DNA of 54,125 nt from a virus. Taxonomy: Duplodnaviria > Caudoviricetes. How positions within the stretch are numbered: position 1 is the stretch's first letter; each line of letters starts with the position of its first letter. The translations under genes were made by a program, and so were the position numbers. Shown here piece after piece: positions 44,161 to 54,125 of the stretch. The notes under the pieces are model-generated. The model did no database searches, was not told where the DNA came from, and was given only the letters and a program-made list of their open reading frames with translations. The stretch is from positions 1-54,125 of the IMG/VR virus record IMGVR_UViG_3300020473_000037; one strand, 5' to 3'.

Positions 44161-45843
44161 ATGTCTTCAGATGCAGTTTATCTCGGTAATCCGAATCTAA
44201 AAAAAGCAAATACTGCTCATGAGTTTACACAAGAGCAGATTATTGAATTTGTAAAGTGTAAGGAAGATCCAGTATATTTTGCTAAAAATTATTTAAAGAT
44301 TGTTTCTTTGGATCATGGTTTAGTACCTTTCAACCTTTATGGTTTTCAAGAGAAATTAATTAAGAATTTCCACGAACAAAGATTTAATATTTGCAAGATG
44401 CCTAGACAGACTGGTAAGTCTACTACGTGTGTTGCATATTTACTACACTATGCCGTTTTTAATGATAATGTCAATATTGCAATTCTGGCGAACAAGGCAT
44501 CTACTGCTAGAGATTTACTTGGCAGACTCCAACTCGCTTATGAAAATCTACCTAACTGGATGCAACAAGGTATCATTAGTTGGAATAAAGGTTCACTGGA
44601 GTTAGAAAATGGGAGTAAAATTTCGTCAAACTCTACTTCTTCATCTGCTGTCCGAGGCGGATCCTATAATGTCATCTTTCTTGACGAGTTCGCTTTCATC
44701 CCGAATCACATTGCTGACGACTTCTTTGCCTCTGTTTATCCTACTATATCGTCTGGACAAAGTACTAAAGTAATTATTGTTTCTACCCCACGGGGTATGA
44801 ATCATTTTTATCGTATGTGGCATGATGCTGAAAGAGGTAAAAATGAATATGTACCAACAGACGTTCACTGGAGTGAAGTACCTGGTAGGGATGATGAATG
44901 GAAAGAACAAACTATTGCAAACACATCAGAACAACAGTTTAAAGTTGAGTTTGAGTGTGAATTTTTAGGATCTGTTAATACTCTTATTAGTGCAGCAAAA
45001 TTAAGAAACTTAGTATATGAAGATCCAAAAACTAGAAATGCTGGATTAGATATTTACGAAGAACCAAAAGAAGATCATAATTATATTATTACAGTTGACG
45101 TTGCCAGAGGATTGGGTAATGACTATTCTGCCTTTATTGTTTTTGATATTACAGAGTTTCCATACAAAACAGTAGCAAAATATAGAAATAATGAAATAAA
45201 ACCAATGTTATTTCCAAATATTATTTGTGATGTTGCTAAGGGGTATAATGAATCATACTTACTAATAGAGGTAAATGATATAGGAGACCAGGTTGCAAGT
45301 ATAATTCAATATGATCTTGAATATGAAAATGTTCTTATGTGTTCAATGAGAGGACGTAATGGACAAATAGTTGGATCTGGATTTAGTGGTAAGAAATCTC
45401 AATTAGGAGTTAGAACTACAGCAGCAGTTAAGAAATTGGGTTGTTCTAATCTTAAAACTTTATTAGAAGATGATAAGATACTTACACAGGATTATGATAT
45501 TATTTCAGAATTAACAACATTTTCACAGAAGGCTAATTCATTTGAGGCAGAAGAAGGATGTAATGATGACTTAGCAATGTGTCTTGTTATATTTGCTTGG
45601 TTGGTTGCACAGGACTATTTCAAGGAAATGACTGATAATGATGTTCGTAAAAGAATATATGAAGAACAAAAGAATCAGATAGAACAAGATATGGCACCAT
45701 TTGGTTTTATTTCAGATGGATTAGATGAAATGACCTTTACTGATGATGAAGGAGATACTTGGAGTAAAAATAATCCAGTAGAGAGTACAGAGTGGAATGT
45801 GGATGAATATGGAGATCGATCTTATATGTGGGATTACATGTAG
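44161..45843 (+). CDS. gp17: terminase large subunit gp17
   Basis: Walker A PRQTGKST, Walker B FLDEFAF, DVARG...DYSA and DDLAM nuclease motifs. Confidence 0.98.
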   Translation: MSSDAVYLGNPNLKKANTAHEFTQEQIIEFVKCKEDPVYFAKNYLKIVSLDHGLVPFNLYGFQEKLIKNFHEQRFNICKMPRQTGKSTTCVAYLLHYAVFNDNVNIAILANKASTARDLLGRLQLAYENLPNWMQQGIISWNKGSLELENGSKISSNSTSSSAVRGGSYNVIFLDEFAFIPNHIADDFFASVYPTISSGQSTKVIIVSTPRGMNHFYRMWHDAERGKNEYVPTDVHWSEVPGRDDEWKEQTIANTSEQQFKVEFECEFLGSVNTLISAAKLRNLVYEDPKTRNAGLDIYEEPKEDHNYIITVDVARGLGNDYSAFIVFDITEFPYKTVAKYRNNEIKPMLFPNIICDVAKGYNESYLLIEVNDIGDQVASIIQYDLEYENVLMCSMRGRNGQIVGSGFSGKKSQLGVRTTAAVKKLGCSNLKTLLEDDKILTQDYDIISELTTFSQKANSFEAEEGCNDDLAMCLVIFAWLVAQDYFKEMTDNDVRKRIYEEQKNQIEQDMAPFGFISDGLDEMTFTDDEGDTWSKNNPVESTEWNVDEYGDRSYMWDYM

Positions 45844-45888
45844 GATATCACTCTACATGCATGTAGAGTACATGAAAAAGGATATTTT

Positions 45889-45896
45889 AATAAATA
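45889..45896 (+). promoter_or_regulatory. T4-type late promoter
   Basis: AATAAATA upstream of gp18. Confidence 0.65.
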
Positions 45897-45931
45897 ATTT
45901 CAGAATAATCTGAGATTCGGAGAGGAAAAAG

Positions 45932-48091
45932 ATGCCACTAAATTTAGCATCTCCTGGGATTGTAGTTAGGGAAGTTGACCTAACAGTTGGTAGAGTAGAC
46001 ACAGCATCTGAGAAAGTAGGTGCGATTGTCGGTCCTTTTGCTAAAGGTGCTGTCAATGTTCCAATCCTAGTTGAGAACGAACAAGATTTGCTTAATAACT
46101 TTGGTGAGCCATCTCCAACAGATAAGCATTATGAGTATTGGTTAACTGCATCATCTTATTTGTCCTATGGTGGACCATTAAGAATTGTTAGAGCAGATGA
46201 TAGTGATCTTAAAAATGCTAATAATGCTGGATCAAGCATTAAGATAAAAAGTTTAGACGATTATAATGATCTTGGTTATGATACTAATACGATTACTGGA
46301 GTAACTGTTGTTGCTAGAAACCCAGGATCTTGGGCAAACAATCTTAAGGTTGCAACAATTGACGCAAAGGCAGACCAAATTTTATCATTTGGAACACTTC
46401 CAACAAATATTGCTGTTGGTTATGGAGTAACACAGAATGTTCCTGCTGACACAGTTCTTGCTGGTGCAGGTACAACTACTAAGTTAGATGGTCACTTTAA
46501 GGGAATTGTAACTGGTGTTGATGCTACTGCTAAAACAGTTGAGGTTAAGTTCCTTAATCACGTAACTGCTGCTGGAGTTTCAACTGTAGTTGATTATCAA
46601 CCAAATGGAATTTATAAGTTTGCTGCAGGTTCAGTTGCTATTCACACTAGTGGACAGTCCTCGTCATATACTACAGGAACTGCAACAAATAATGAGGATT
46701 GGTTTGATCAACAAACAATTACATTAACTGATTCAACAATTAATTGGAATAATATTGCTGAACGTCCTGGGACTTCTACTTTTGCAGAAGGAAGAGGATC
46801 AAGATTTGATGAAATCCATGTTGTTGTTATTGACGATGAAGGTAAGGTTACTGGAAATGTTGGAACAATTCTTGAGAAGCATTTAAGTCTTTCAAAAGCA
46901 AAAGATGCTGAGTATTCATTAGGTTCTCCTTCTAACTGGAGAAAGTTCATTGCATCCAACTCCACAACAATCTTCGCTGGTTCAAATCCAACAGGTATTA
47001 CAACTACTGGATATAGTTCTGGATTCACACCACAAGCTGATTATAATTGGGATCAGAATGCTCAAGGAATTATCTTTGGTGGTTCAGGATCACAAACTTA
47101 TACTTTAAGTGGTGGTAAAAATTATGACGGTGGGACTGATCCTGCTGTTACTGGTGCATTCCAAGTAACACTATCTGGTCTTGTTGCAGGATATGAATTA
47201 TTTGAAGATAATAATTTATATCAAGCAGATTTTCTAATTATGGGATCTGCAAACCATGAAAAAGAGACTGCTCAGTCACTTGCTAATAAATTAATTTCTG
47301 TTGCTGAAATAAGAAAAGATGCTATTGCATTTATTTCACCTTACAGAAAAGCATTCCTGAATGATAGTGTTGCTGGATCAGTAACAGTTAATTCTGATGC
47401 AACAATTACAGATAATGTAATTGGTTTCTATGCACCTGTAACATCATCAACATATGCAATATTCGATAGTGGATATAAGTATATGTACGATAGATTTGCC
47501 GATACATTCAGATATGTTCCATTAAATGGAGACATTGCTGGAACTTGTGCAAGAAATGATATTAACAACTTCCCTTGGTTCTCACCAGCAGGTACTGCTA
47601 GAGGTGGAATCTTGAATGCTGTTAAACTTGCATATAATCCATCTCAAACACAAAGAGATAGACTCTATTCAAATAGAGTTAATCCAGTTGTATTCTCTCC
47701 TAGTGGAGGAATCATATTATTTGGTGATAAGACTGGATTTGCAAAAGCATCTGCATTTGATCGTATTAATGTTCGTAGATTGTTTATCTACCTTGAAAAT
47801 GCAATATCTGCTGCAGCAAGAGATCAGATGTTTGAATTCAATGATGAGATAACAAGAACAAACTTTATCAACATTGTTGAACCATTCCTTCGTGATGTTC
47901 AAGGTAAGAGAGGAATCTTTGATTTCAGAGTTATCTGTGATGAGACAAATAACACTGCTGCTGTTATAGATAATAATGAGTTTGTTGCTGACATCTTCAT
48001 CAAACCAGCACGTTCTATCAACTTCATAGGTCTAACCTTTGTTGCTACCAGAACTGGTGTTTCGTTTGACGAAGTAATTGGAAACGTTTAA
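45932..48091 (+). CDS. gp18: tail sheath protein gp18
   Basis: SPGIVVREVD, PWFSPAG, FDRINVRRLF and IKPARSINFI motifs. Confidence 0.98.
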   Translation: MPLNLASPGIVVREVDLTVGRVDTASEKVGAIVGPFAKGAVNVPILVENEQDLLNNFGEPSPTDKHYEYWLTASSYLSYGGPLRIVRADDSDLKNANNAGSSIKIKSLDDYNDLGYDTNTITGVTVVARNPGSWANNLKVATIDAKADQILSFGTLPTNIAVGYGVTQNVPADTVLAGAGTTTKLDGHFKGIVTGVDATAKTVEVKFLNHVTAAGVSTVVDYQPNGIYKFAAGSVAIHTSGQSSSYTTGTATNNEDWFDQQTITLTDSTINWNNIAERPGTSTFAEGRGSRFDEIHVVVIDDEGKVTGNVGTILEKHLSLSKAKDAEYSLGSPSNWRKFIASNSTTIFAGSNPTGITTTGYSSGFTPQADYNWDQNAQGIIFGGSGSQTYTLSGGKNYDGGTDPAVTGAFQVTLSGLVAGYELFEDNNLYQADFLIMGSANHEKETAQSLANKLISVAEIRKDAIAFISPYRKAFLNDSVAGSVTVNSDATITDNVIGFYAPVTSSTYAIFDSGYKYMYDRFADTFRYVPLNGDIAGTCARNDINNFPWFSPAGTARGGILNAVKLAYNPSQTQRDRLYSNRVNPVVFSPSGGIILFGDKTGFAKASAFDRINVRRLFIYLENAISAAARDQMFEFNDEITRTNFINIVEPFLRDVQGKRGIFDFRVICDETNNTAAVIDNNEFVADIFIKPARSINFIGLTFVATRTGVSFDEVIGNV

Positions 48092-48123
48092 TTCTATCTC
48101 ATACAAATAAGGTATAAAAAGCT

Positions 48124-48711
48124 ATGGCAACTCAATTTAATAGACCACCACTACGGAAAATTACCGACTTCAAGAGTAAGTTGACAGGTGGTGGTGCAAG
48201 GCCGAATCTGTTTGAGGTAGAACTTGCATTTCCAGAAGAAATCTCGATTGATAATGATGTAAAGGACAAGTCAAGGTTCTTGGTTAAAGCAGCAGCACTT
48301 CCTGCTTCTAATATCACTCCAATTGATGTAAACTTTAGGGGAAGAATCCTAAAGATTGCTGGAGATAGAACATTTGATACTTGGACAATTACAGTTATTA
48401 ACGATACTGATTTTGCAATTCGTTCTGCTTTTGAGAAATGGATGAATCAGATTAATAAATTATCTGATGCAACTGGTGCTCAAAACCCTGCAGACTATCA
48501 GGAAGATGCATTTGTTCATCAATTAGATCGTGATGGATCAACACTTAGAACATATAAGTTCTATGATCTTTTTCCAACTAATATAAGTCAAGTAGATCTT
48601 AACTATGAAACCATTGATACTCTTGAAGAATTCACTGTAGAAATGCAAGTTCTTTATTGGGAATCAATTAAGGGAGTAGGTGCTAATGCTGGAGGAGAAA
48701 GCATTCGTTAA
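48124..48711 (+). CDS. gp19: tail tube protein gp19
   Basis: GGARPNLFEV and FRGR.LKIAGDRTFDTWT motifs. Confidence 0.97.
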   Translation: MATQFNRPPLRKITDFKSKLTGGGARPNLFEVELAFPEEISIDNDVKDKSRFLVKAAALPASNITPIDVNFRGRILKIAGDRTFDTWTITVINDTDFAIRSAFEKWMNQINKLSDATGAQNPADYQEDAFVHQLDRDGSTLRTYKFYDLFPTNISQVDLNYETIDTLEEFTVEMQVLYWESIKGVGANAGGESIR

Positions 48712-48718
48712 CAAATTA

Positions 48719-48726
48719 GATAAATA
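48719..48726 (+). promoter_or_regulatory. T4-type late promoter
   Basis: GATAAATA upstream of gp20. Confidence 0.6.
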
Positions 48727-48756
48727 GTGCTATAATAGTAGGAAAACTTATATACT

Positions 48757-50430
48757 ATGCCTAAACTGTTTGGATTTTCTATTGACGATGCGACTGAAAA
48801 GAAGTCGAAGAATCTGCTATCTCCCGTACCACCTAACAATGATGACGGTAGAGATAGCTATATCGCCAGTAGTTTTTATGGTTCATATGTAGATATTGAA
48901 GGTGTTTACAGAACCGAATACGATTTAATCAAAAGATATCGTGAGATGGCACTTCATCCAGAAGCGGATGGTGCTATCGAAGATGTTGTTAATGAAGGTA
49001 TAGTTAGTGATCTATATGATTCTCCTGTAGAAATAGAATTATCTAATGTAGAAGCAAGTGATAAGTTAAAGGATAAGATAAGAGACGAATTTACTGGTAT
49101 TAAAGAAATGATGGACTTCGATAAGAAGTGCCATGAAATTTTTAAAAATTGGTATATTGATGGAAGATTATATTATCTAAAAGTTATTGATGTAAAAAGA
49201 CCACAAGACGGTATTCAGGAAGTCAGATATATTGACCCAATGAAGATGAGGTTTGTTCGTAAAGAGAAAAAAGCGAACAATAAGAATATGCTTCCTCTTG
49301 ATATAGGTAATAATAATGGGGATGTGAAGAAGGGTATGTACCCTGAAGTTGAAGAGTATTACTTGTATAATCCAAAACCAACTTACCCAACAAATATGTA
49401 TTCTTCTGCTGCTGGTGGAGGTGGTAAAGGATCTATTAAAATTGCAAAAGATTCAATTGCATATGTAACTTCTGGATTATTTGATCGTAATAAAGGAACT
49501 TGTTTATCATATTTACATAAAGCAATCAAAGCACTTAATCAACTTAGAATGATTGAGGATAGTCTTGTAATATACAGATTATCAAGAGCACCAGAAAGAA
49601 GAATATTTTACATCGATGTAGGTAATCTACCAAAGATTAAAGCAGAACAATACCTCAAAGAGGTAATGAGTCGTTATAGAAATAAACTAGTTTATGATGC
49701 AGGAACTGGTGAAGTTCGTGATGATCGTAAGTTCATGTCTATGATGGAAGATTTCTGGCTACCTAGAAGAGAAGGTGGTAGAGGAACTGAAATCACAACA
49801 CTTCCTGGCGGACAAAACCTTGGTGAACTTGCTGATATTGAGTATTTCCAAAAGAAATTATACAGAGCATTAGGTGTTCCTGAATCCAGAATCGCATCTG
49901 ATGGTGGATTTAATTTAGGTAGATCATCTGAAATACTAAGAGATGAACTTAAATTTGCTAAGTTTGTGGGTCGTTTAAGAAAGAGATTCTCTAATTTGTT
50001 TAGTGATCTTCTAAGAACCCAATTGATTCTTAAGAATATTATTACTCCAGAAGATTGGGATAAAATTAATGATCATATCCAATATGACTTCTTATATGAT
50101 AATCAGTTTGCTGAACTTAAAGAATCAGAATTGATGACTGAAAGATTGGGGTTACTTGCTACTATGGAACCTTATATTGGTAAGTACTTCTCAGTTGATT
50201 ATGCTCGTAGAAAGGTATTACGTCAAACTGATAAAGAGATTGAAGAAATTGATGAGCAGATAGTTCAAGAGATTGAAGATGGTGTACTTCCAGATCCTTC
50301 TCAAGTTGATCCAATAACTGGTGAACCATTACCTACTGAAGATGAAGTAGCAGGTACATTGGGTGATATTGAGATGGAAACTGGTGCAGAGCAGCAATTC
50401 CAAAAAGATCTTAAGTCTGCAGAGATATAA
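48757..50430 (+). CDS. gp20: portal vertex protein gp20
   Basis: RAPERRIFYIDVGNLP and EDFWLPRREGGRGTEITTLPGG motifs. Confidence 0.98.
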   Translation: MPKLFGFSIDDATEKKSKNLLSPVPPNNDDGRDSYIASSFYGSYVDIEGVYRTEYDLIKRYREMALHPEADGAIEDVVNEGIVSDLYDSPVEIELSNVEASDKLKDKIRDEFTGIKEMMDFDKKCHEIFKNWYIDGRLYYLKVIDVKRPQDGIQEVRYIDPMKMRFVRKEKKANNKNMLPLDIGNNNGDVKKGMYPEVEEYYLYNPKPTYPTNMYSSAAGGGGKGSIKIAKDSIAYVTSGLFDRNKGTCLSYLHKAIKALNQLRMIEDSLVIYRLSRAPERRIFYIDVGNLPKIKAEQYLKEVMSRYRNKLVYDAGTGEVRDDRKFMSMMEDFWLPRREGGRGTEITTLPGGQNLGELADIEYFQKKLYRALGVPESRIASDGGFNLGRSSEILRDELKFAKFVGRLRKRFSNLFSDLLRTQLILKNIITPEDWDKINDHIQYDFLYDNQFAELKESELMTERLGLLATMEPYIGKYFSVDYARRKVLRQTDKEIEEIDEQIVQEIEDGVLPDPSQVDPITGEPLPTEDEVAGTLGDIEMETGAEQQFQKDLKSAEI

Positions 50431-50433
50431 ATA
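50426..50433 (+). promoter_or_regulatory. T4-type late promoter
   Basis: TATAAATA. Confidence 0.75.
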
Positions 50434-50460
50434 GGACTGATATATTAAAATATTCTTAAC

Positions 50461-50667
50461 ATGGACGATATTATTGATTTGATTGCAACTGATCAGAAAG
50501 CTTCAGAAGTTACTGATAAGATAAAAGATTTACTCTACACAAAAGCTGCGGATAGGGTAGATGCAATGAAACCAGAAATTTCTGCAGCAATGTTTAATCC
50601 TTCACCTGATCAACCAGAAGTTGAACAGGAAGTCTCTGACGAGCCTATCGAACAGGAAGAAACATAA
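50461..50667 (+). CDS. small acidic prohead core protein (gp67-like by position)
   Basis: Follows gp20; 68 aa with an acidic tail. Confidence 0.7.
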   Translation: MDDIIDLIATDQKASEVTDKIKDLLYTKAADRVDAMKPEISAAMFNPSPDQPEVEQEVSDEPIEQEET

Positions 50668-50695
50668 ATAACTACTATACTAGTTGAATATAAAA

Positions 50696-51226
50696 ATGTC
50701 GGCGTTAAAAGTAACCCAAAAAATAGCGAAATTAGGGAGCACTGGTAAGGCAGGTCCGATAGCCCTTAAATCAGGATATCTAAGATTTGTTGTAAAAGCA
50801 GATGCTCATATTGAGGTCGGAATGGATCCAACTGTTAGTACTACTAATAGTTTATTTGTTGCATCTGGTGAAAGTGTAATTCTAAAAGAATCTGTTGCTT
50901 CTGCACCGACTGTTGGAGTTACTAATGCATCAGGAGCAATTAAATTTGATTTGCATGATGGAATGGATAGTCCATTTGCGGTAGGTGATAAAGTTGCGGT
51001 AACTGGTTGTGCTCCTGCTGGTATTAATACTACTGCTGCAGAAGTAACCGCAGTTACTGGTCCAACTCCATTTAGTGGGATTCATGGACAGCAAATAACT
51101 TTAAATTATGGTGATGCTAATCTTGCTGCTACTGATGCAGAAGGTGAGATTAGAAAAGTTGTTTATGCTGATGTTAACTGTAGTGGTAACGTCCATATTA
51201 GTGAAGTTCAAATTGTAGGAGGATAA
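50696..51226 (+). CDS. hypothetical late (virion) protein
   Basis: Beta-rich ORF between gp67-like and gp21, after CATAAATA 50663-50670; ATG at 50696. Confidence 0.7.
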   Translation: MSALKVTQKIAKLGSTGKAGPIALKSGYLRFVVKADAHIEVGMDPTVSTTNSLFVASGESVILKESVASAPTVGVTNASGAIKFDLHDGMDSPFAVGDKVAVTGCAPAGINTTAAEVTAVTGPTPFSGIHGQQITLNYGDANLAATDAEGEIRKVVYADVNCSGNVHISEVQIVGG

Positions 51227-51230
51227 TCCA

Positions 51231-51881
51231 ATGAAACTGATTACTGAAGAAGTATCAAACGTTAAATTCATTACCGAAGGTAAAGGTTCTAAAAAGAAAC
51301 TTTATATTGAGGGATGTTTCCTTCAAGGTGAACTTAAAAATCGTAATGGTAGAGTTTATCCTATAGACACTCTTGCAAGAGAGGTTGGTAGGTATAACGA
51401 AAATTTTATATCAAAGGGTCGTGCTCTTGGAGAATTAGGTCATCCTGATGGTCCAACAGTAAACCTTGATAGGGTTTCCCATAAAATTACATCTCTTACA
51501 CAAGAGGGTCATAATTTTATAGGTAAAGCACAAATCCTAGAAACACCTATGGGTAAGATTGCAAAATCTTTACTTGATGAAGGTGTTATGTTAGGTGTTT
51601 CCTCTCGTGGTGTTGGTTCATTAAAAGAAGACCATCGTGGATGCAAAGTTGTAGGTGAAGATTTTCAGTTAGCAACTGCTGCTGATATCGTTGCTGATCC
51701 TTCTGCACCTGATGCTTTTGTTAATGGAATCATGGAAGGAAAAGAGTGGGTTTGGGACGGAGGAATTCTTCGTGAACAACTCGCATCACAAACAAAGAAG
51801 CGTATTAATACGTTAGTAGATCAAAGAAGACTTGAAGAGCATAAGTTGAACTTATTCAACGATTTTCTCTCAAATCTATAA
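51231..51881 (+). CDS. gp21: prohead protease gp21
   Basis: NRNGRVY, ALGELGHP, GVSSRG and DIVADPSAPDA motifs. Confidence 0.97.
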   Translation: MKLITEEVSNVKFITEGKGSKKKLYIEGCFLQGELKNRNGRVYPIDTLAREVGRYNENFISKGRALGELGHPDGPTVNLDRVSHKITSLTQEGHNFIGKAQILETPMGKIAKSLLDEGVMLGVSSRGVGSLKEDHRGCKVVGEDFQLATAADIVADPSAPDAFVNGIMEGKEWVWDGGILREQLASQTKKRINTLVDQRRLEEHKLNLFNDFLSNL

Positions 51882-51885
51882 ACTC

Positions 51886-51893
51886 TATAAATA
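51886..51893 (+). promoter_or_regulatory. T4-type late promoter
   Basis: TATAAATA upstream of gp22. Confidence 0.75.
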
Positions 51894-51919
51894 AATACAG
51901 ATTAACAATCTATAAACAA

Positions 51920-53047
51920 ATGTCCGTTGGTAGCAATTTACAAGAAATGGAAAACGTAGTAACCAAAGGAGCCAAGCCAGCTGAGCCAATCCAAAAGCTT
52001 GCAGGTACAACACCTGGTCAAGCTGCGGTTGAAGACTTAGGCGGTCCTACTCCTGAAAATTATAAAGTCGATGATGATTCGGCTAAGTTGAAAACACCTG
52101 GTGCATCACTTAAGCAAGTTAAGGATGTCGTTAATAAAGGTGCTAAAGCTGCAGAAGCAGTTTCAGACAAACTAGAAGATGGTCAGGAAGTAGTGGCTGA
52201 AGAACCTGCAAAGGAAGAAGAAACTACTGTTTCTGAAGAAGAGACATCAACGGAAGAAGTTGTTGCTGAATCTGAAGAATCAACCGAAGAAGTTGTAGCA
52301 GAAGCAGAAGAGACAGTCGAAGTCAGCATTGACGAAGATATTGAAGCTCTTATTTCTGGCGAAGAACTTTCTGAGGAATTCCAAGAGAAAGCAAGAACAA
52401 TTTTCGAGGCAGCAATTCAAGCTAAAGCATCGGAAATTAGTGAGCAACTAACTGCTTCATACGAAGAGAAACTCGTAGAAGAAGTTGCTACAATTAAACA
52501 AGAATTGTCAGGTCGTGTTGACTCTTATCTAGAGTACGTCGCTGATGAGTGGATGCAAGAAAATGCACTCGCAGTCGAAAACGGTCTGAAAACAGAAATG
52601 ACTGAATCCTTCTTAGGAGGTATGAAGTCACTCTTTGAAGAACATTATGTAACTATCCCTGAAGAAAAATATGATGTCATCGAGAGTATGGTAGATAAAC
52701 TTGATGAAATGGAAGGAAAACTCAACGAGCAAATCGAGAAAAACGTTGCTCTTAATAGGAGATTAGCTGAGTCAGCTGCTGATGTAATTTTTGCAGAAGT
52801 AACTGAAGGACTTGCCCAAACACAAAAGGACAAGATTGCCTCACTCATTGAAAATGTTGAGTTTGAAAGTGAAGACGCATACCGTGAGAAGCTGGTAACT
52901 TTGAGAGAATCTTATTTCCCATCAAATACAGCTCAAAGAGACACATCAGAGAATCTAACAGAAGAAAATGGTTCCGCAGATTACCAACCAATTGGTGCAT
53001 CAATGGAAGTATATCTTAATTCACTGAAGCGTGTTGTTAAAAAATGA
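51920..53047 (+). CDS. gp22: prohead scaffold protein gp22
   Basis: Acidic coiled coil; IFEAA and VDSYLEYV..EW..EN motifs. Confidence 0.95.
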   Translation: MSVGSNLQEMENVVTKGAKPAEPIQKLAGTTPGQAAVEDLGGPTPENYKVDDDSAKLKTPGASLKQVKDVVNKGAKAAEAVSDKLEDGQEVVAEEPAKEEETTVSEEETSTEEVVAESEESTEEVVAEAEETVEVSIDEDIEALISGEELSEEFQEKARTIFEAAIQAKASEISEQLTASYEEKLVEEVATIKQELSGRVDSYLEYVADEWMQENALAVENGLKTEMTESFLGGMKSLFEEHYVTIPEEKYDVIESMVDKLDEMEGKLNEQIEKNVALNRRLAESAADVIFAEVTEGLAQTQKDKIASLIENVEFESEDAYREKLVTLRESYFPSNTAQRDTSENLTEENGSADYQPIGASMEVYLNSLKRVVKK

Positions 53048-53094
53048 TTTTAAATCATTGATTCAAACTTAAAACTTTTAATAGGTAAACACAA

Positions 53095-54125
53095 ATGCAA
53101 GCCCCTCTTAATCAAGAGGCTCTTCAAGAAAAGTGGGCTCCTTTACTAGACTACAACGGTCTAGATGAGATTAAAGATCCACATAAAAGAATGGTTACTG
53201 CCGTTCTCTTGGAGAACCAAGAAAAAGCACTCCGTGAAGAGCGTGAGTTCTTAGCAGAAGGCCCTCCAACCAACAGTACCAATTCAGGTGCAAATGCTGG
53301 TTTCAGTGCTAGTGCTTCTTCCCCAACAGCTGGTTTTGATCCTGTTCTAATCAGCCTTATCCGTCGTTCAATGCCTAACTTGGTCGCATATGACCTAGCA
53401 GGTGTTCAACCAATGAACGGACCTACAGGACTTATTTTCGCAATGCGTTCTCGCTACGAGAAGCAAGACGGAAACGAAACATTCTACAACGAAGTCGATT
53501 CTGCATTCTCTGGACAAGCAGAGGGTGGTGGAAAACTCACCGATGGATTCGTAGATGGTAACGTTGGTTTGGGTACAACTGCACAAAGCGGTTCTAATCC
53601 TGGACTTCTAGGTGCTACTGGTACTGCTGCTCAACAGAAGATCTACAACGTAGGTCAGGGTATGCGTACAGACGACGCTGAAGCATTAGGCGATGGCGTT
53701 AACAATAACTTTAACCAGATGGCATTCTCCATCGAGAAGGTTACGGTTACTGCTAAGTCTCGTGCGTTGAAAGCTGAGTACTCACTAGAGCTCGCTCAAG
53801 ACCTTAAGGCAATCCACGGATTGAACGCTGAGGCTGAGTTAGCAAATATCCTCTCTACAGAGATACTTGCTGAGATCAACCGTGAAGTTATCAGAACAAT
53901 CTATAACGTTGCTGAAATCGGTGCTACTGTTAACACTGCTACAAGTGGAACATTCGACTTAGACGTTGACTCCAATGGTAGATGGTCAGTTGAGAAATTC
54001 AAGGGACTGATCTTCCAGATCGAAAGAGATGCCAACGCAATCGCACAAAGAACTCGTCGTGGAAAGGGTAACATGATCCTTTGCTCTGCTGACGTTGCTT
54101 CTGCATTGACAATGGCTGGTGTACT
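53095..54125 (+). CDS. gp23: major capsid protein gp23 (5' part, runs off window)
   Basis: EKWAPLL, LENQE, FDPVLISLIRRSMP, VQPMNGPTGLIFAMR and KSRALKAEYS motifs. Confidence 0.98.
   Translation, partial: MQAPLNQEALQEKWAPLLDYNGLDEIKDPHKRMVTAVLLENQEKALREEREFLAEGPPTNSTNSGANAGFSASASSPTAGFDPVLISLIRRSMPNLVAYDLAGVQPMNGPTGLIFAMRSRYEKQDGNETFYNEVDSAFSGQAEGGGKLTDGFVDGNVGLGTTAQSGSNPGLLGATGTAAQQKIYNVGQGMRTDDAEALGDGVNNNFNQMAFSIEKVTVTAKSRALKAEYSLELAQDLKAIHGLNAEAELANILSTEILAEINREVIRTIYNVAEIGATVNTATSGTFDLDVDSNGRWSVEKFKGLIFQIERDANAIAQRTRRGKGNMILCSADVASALTMAGV

Overview
This is a segment of a low-GC T4-like marine cyanomyovirus genome, probably Prochlorococcus/Synechococcus-infecting and P-SSM2-like in style. 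Nearly all genes are on the + strand. Bases 1-10.7 kb are an early/accessory region of about 40 tiny ORFs arranged as cassettes. These cassettes start at 12 copies of a fixed-geometry element: palindrome, then GC hairpin/U-tract, then -10 box. This region also holds a mostly non-coding control block (5.94-7.26 kb) with a 5-copy ATCTCGACTAGA array, TTCTCAATA repeats and sigma70 promoters on both strands. It contains two structured RNA-leader candidates (177-286 and 9551-9661), the second upstream of a KxDG nucleotidyltransferase/RNA-ligase-like gene. Bases 10.7-12.8 kb carry an AbrB-like regulator, a GT-A-like protein and small conserved genes. Bases 12.8-54.1 kb are the morphogenesis block: gp25, gp6, a 4530-aa gp7, gp8, a DUF4815/VrlC-like protein, a fibre-like protein, gp13-gp22 and the 5' part of gp23. 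Family names come from motif recognition only; no searches were run.
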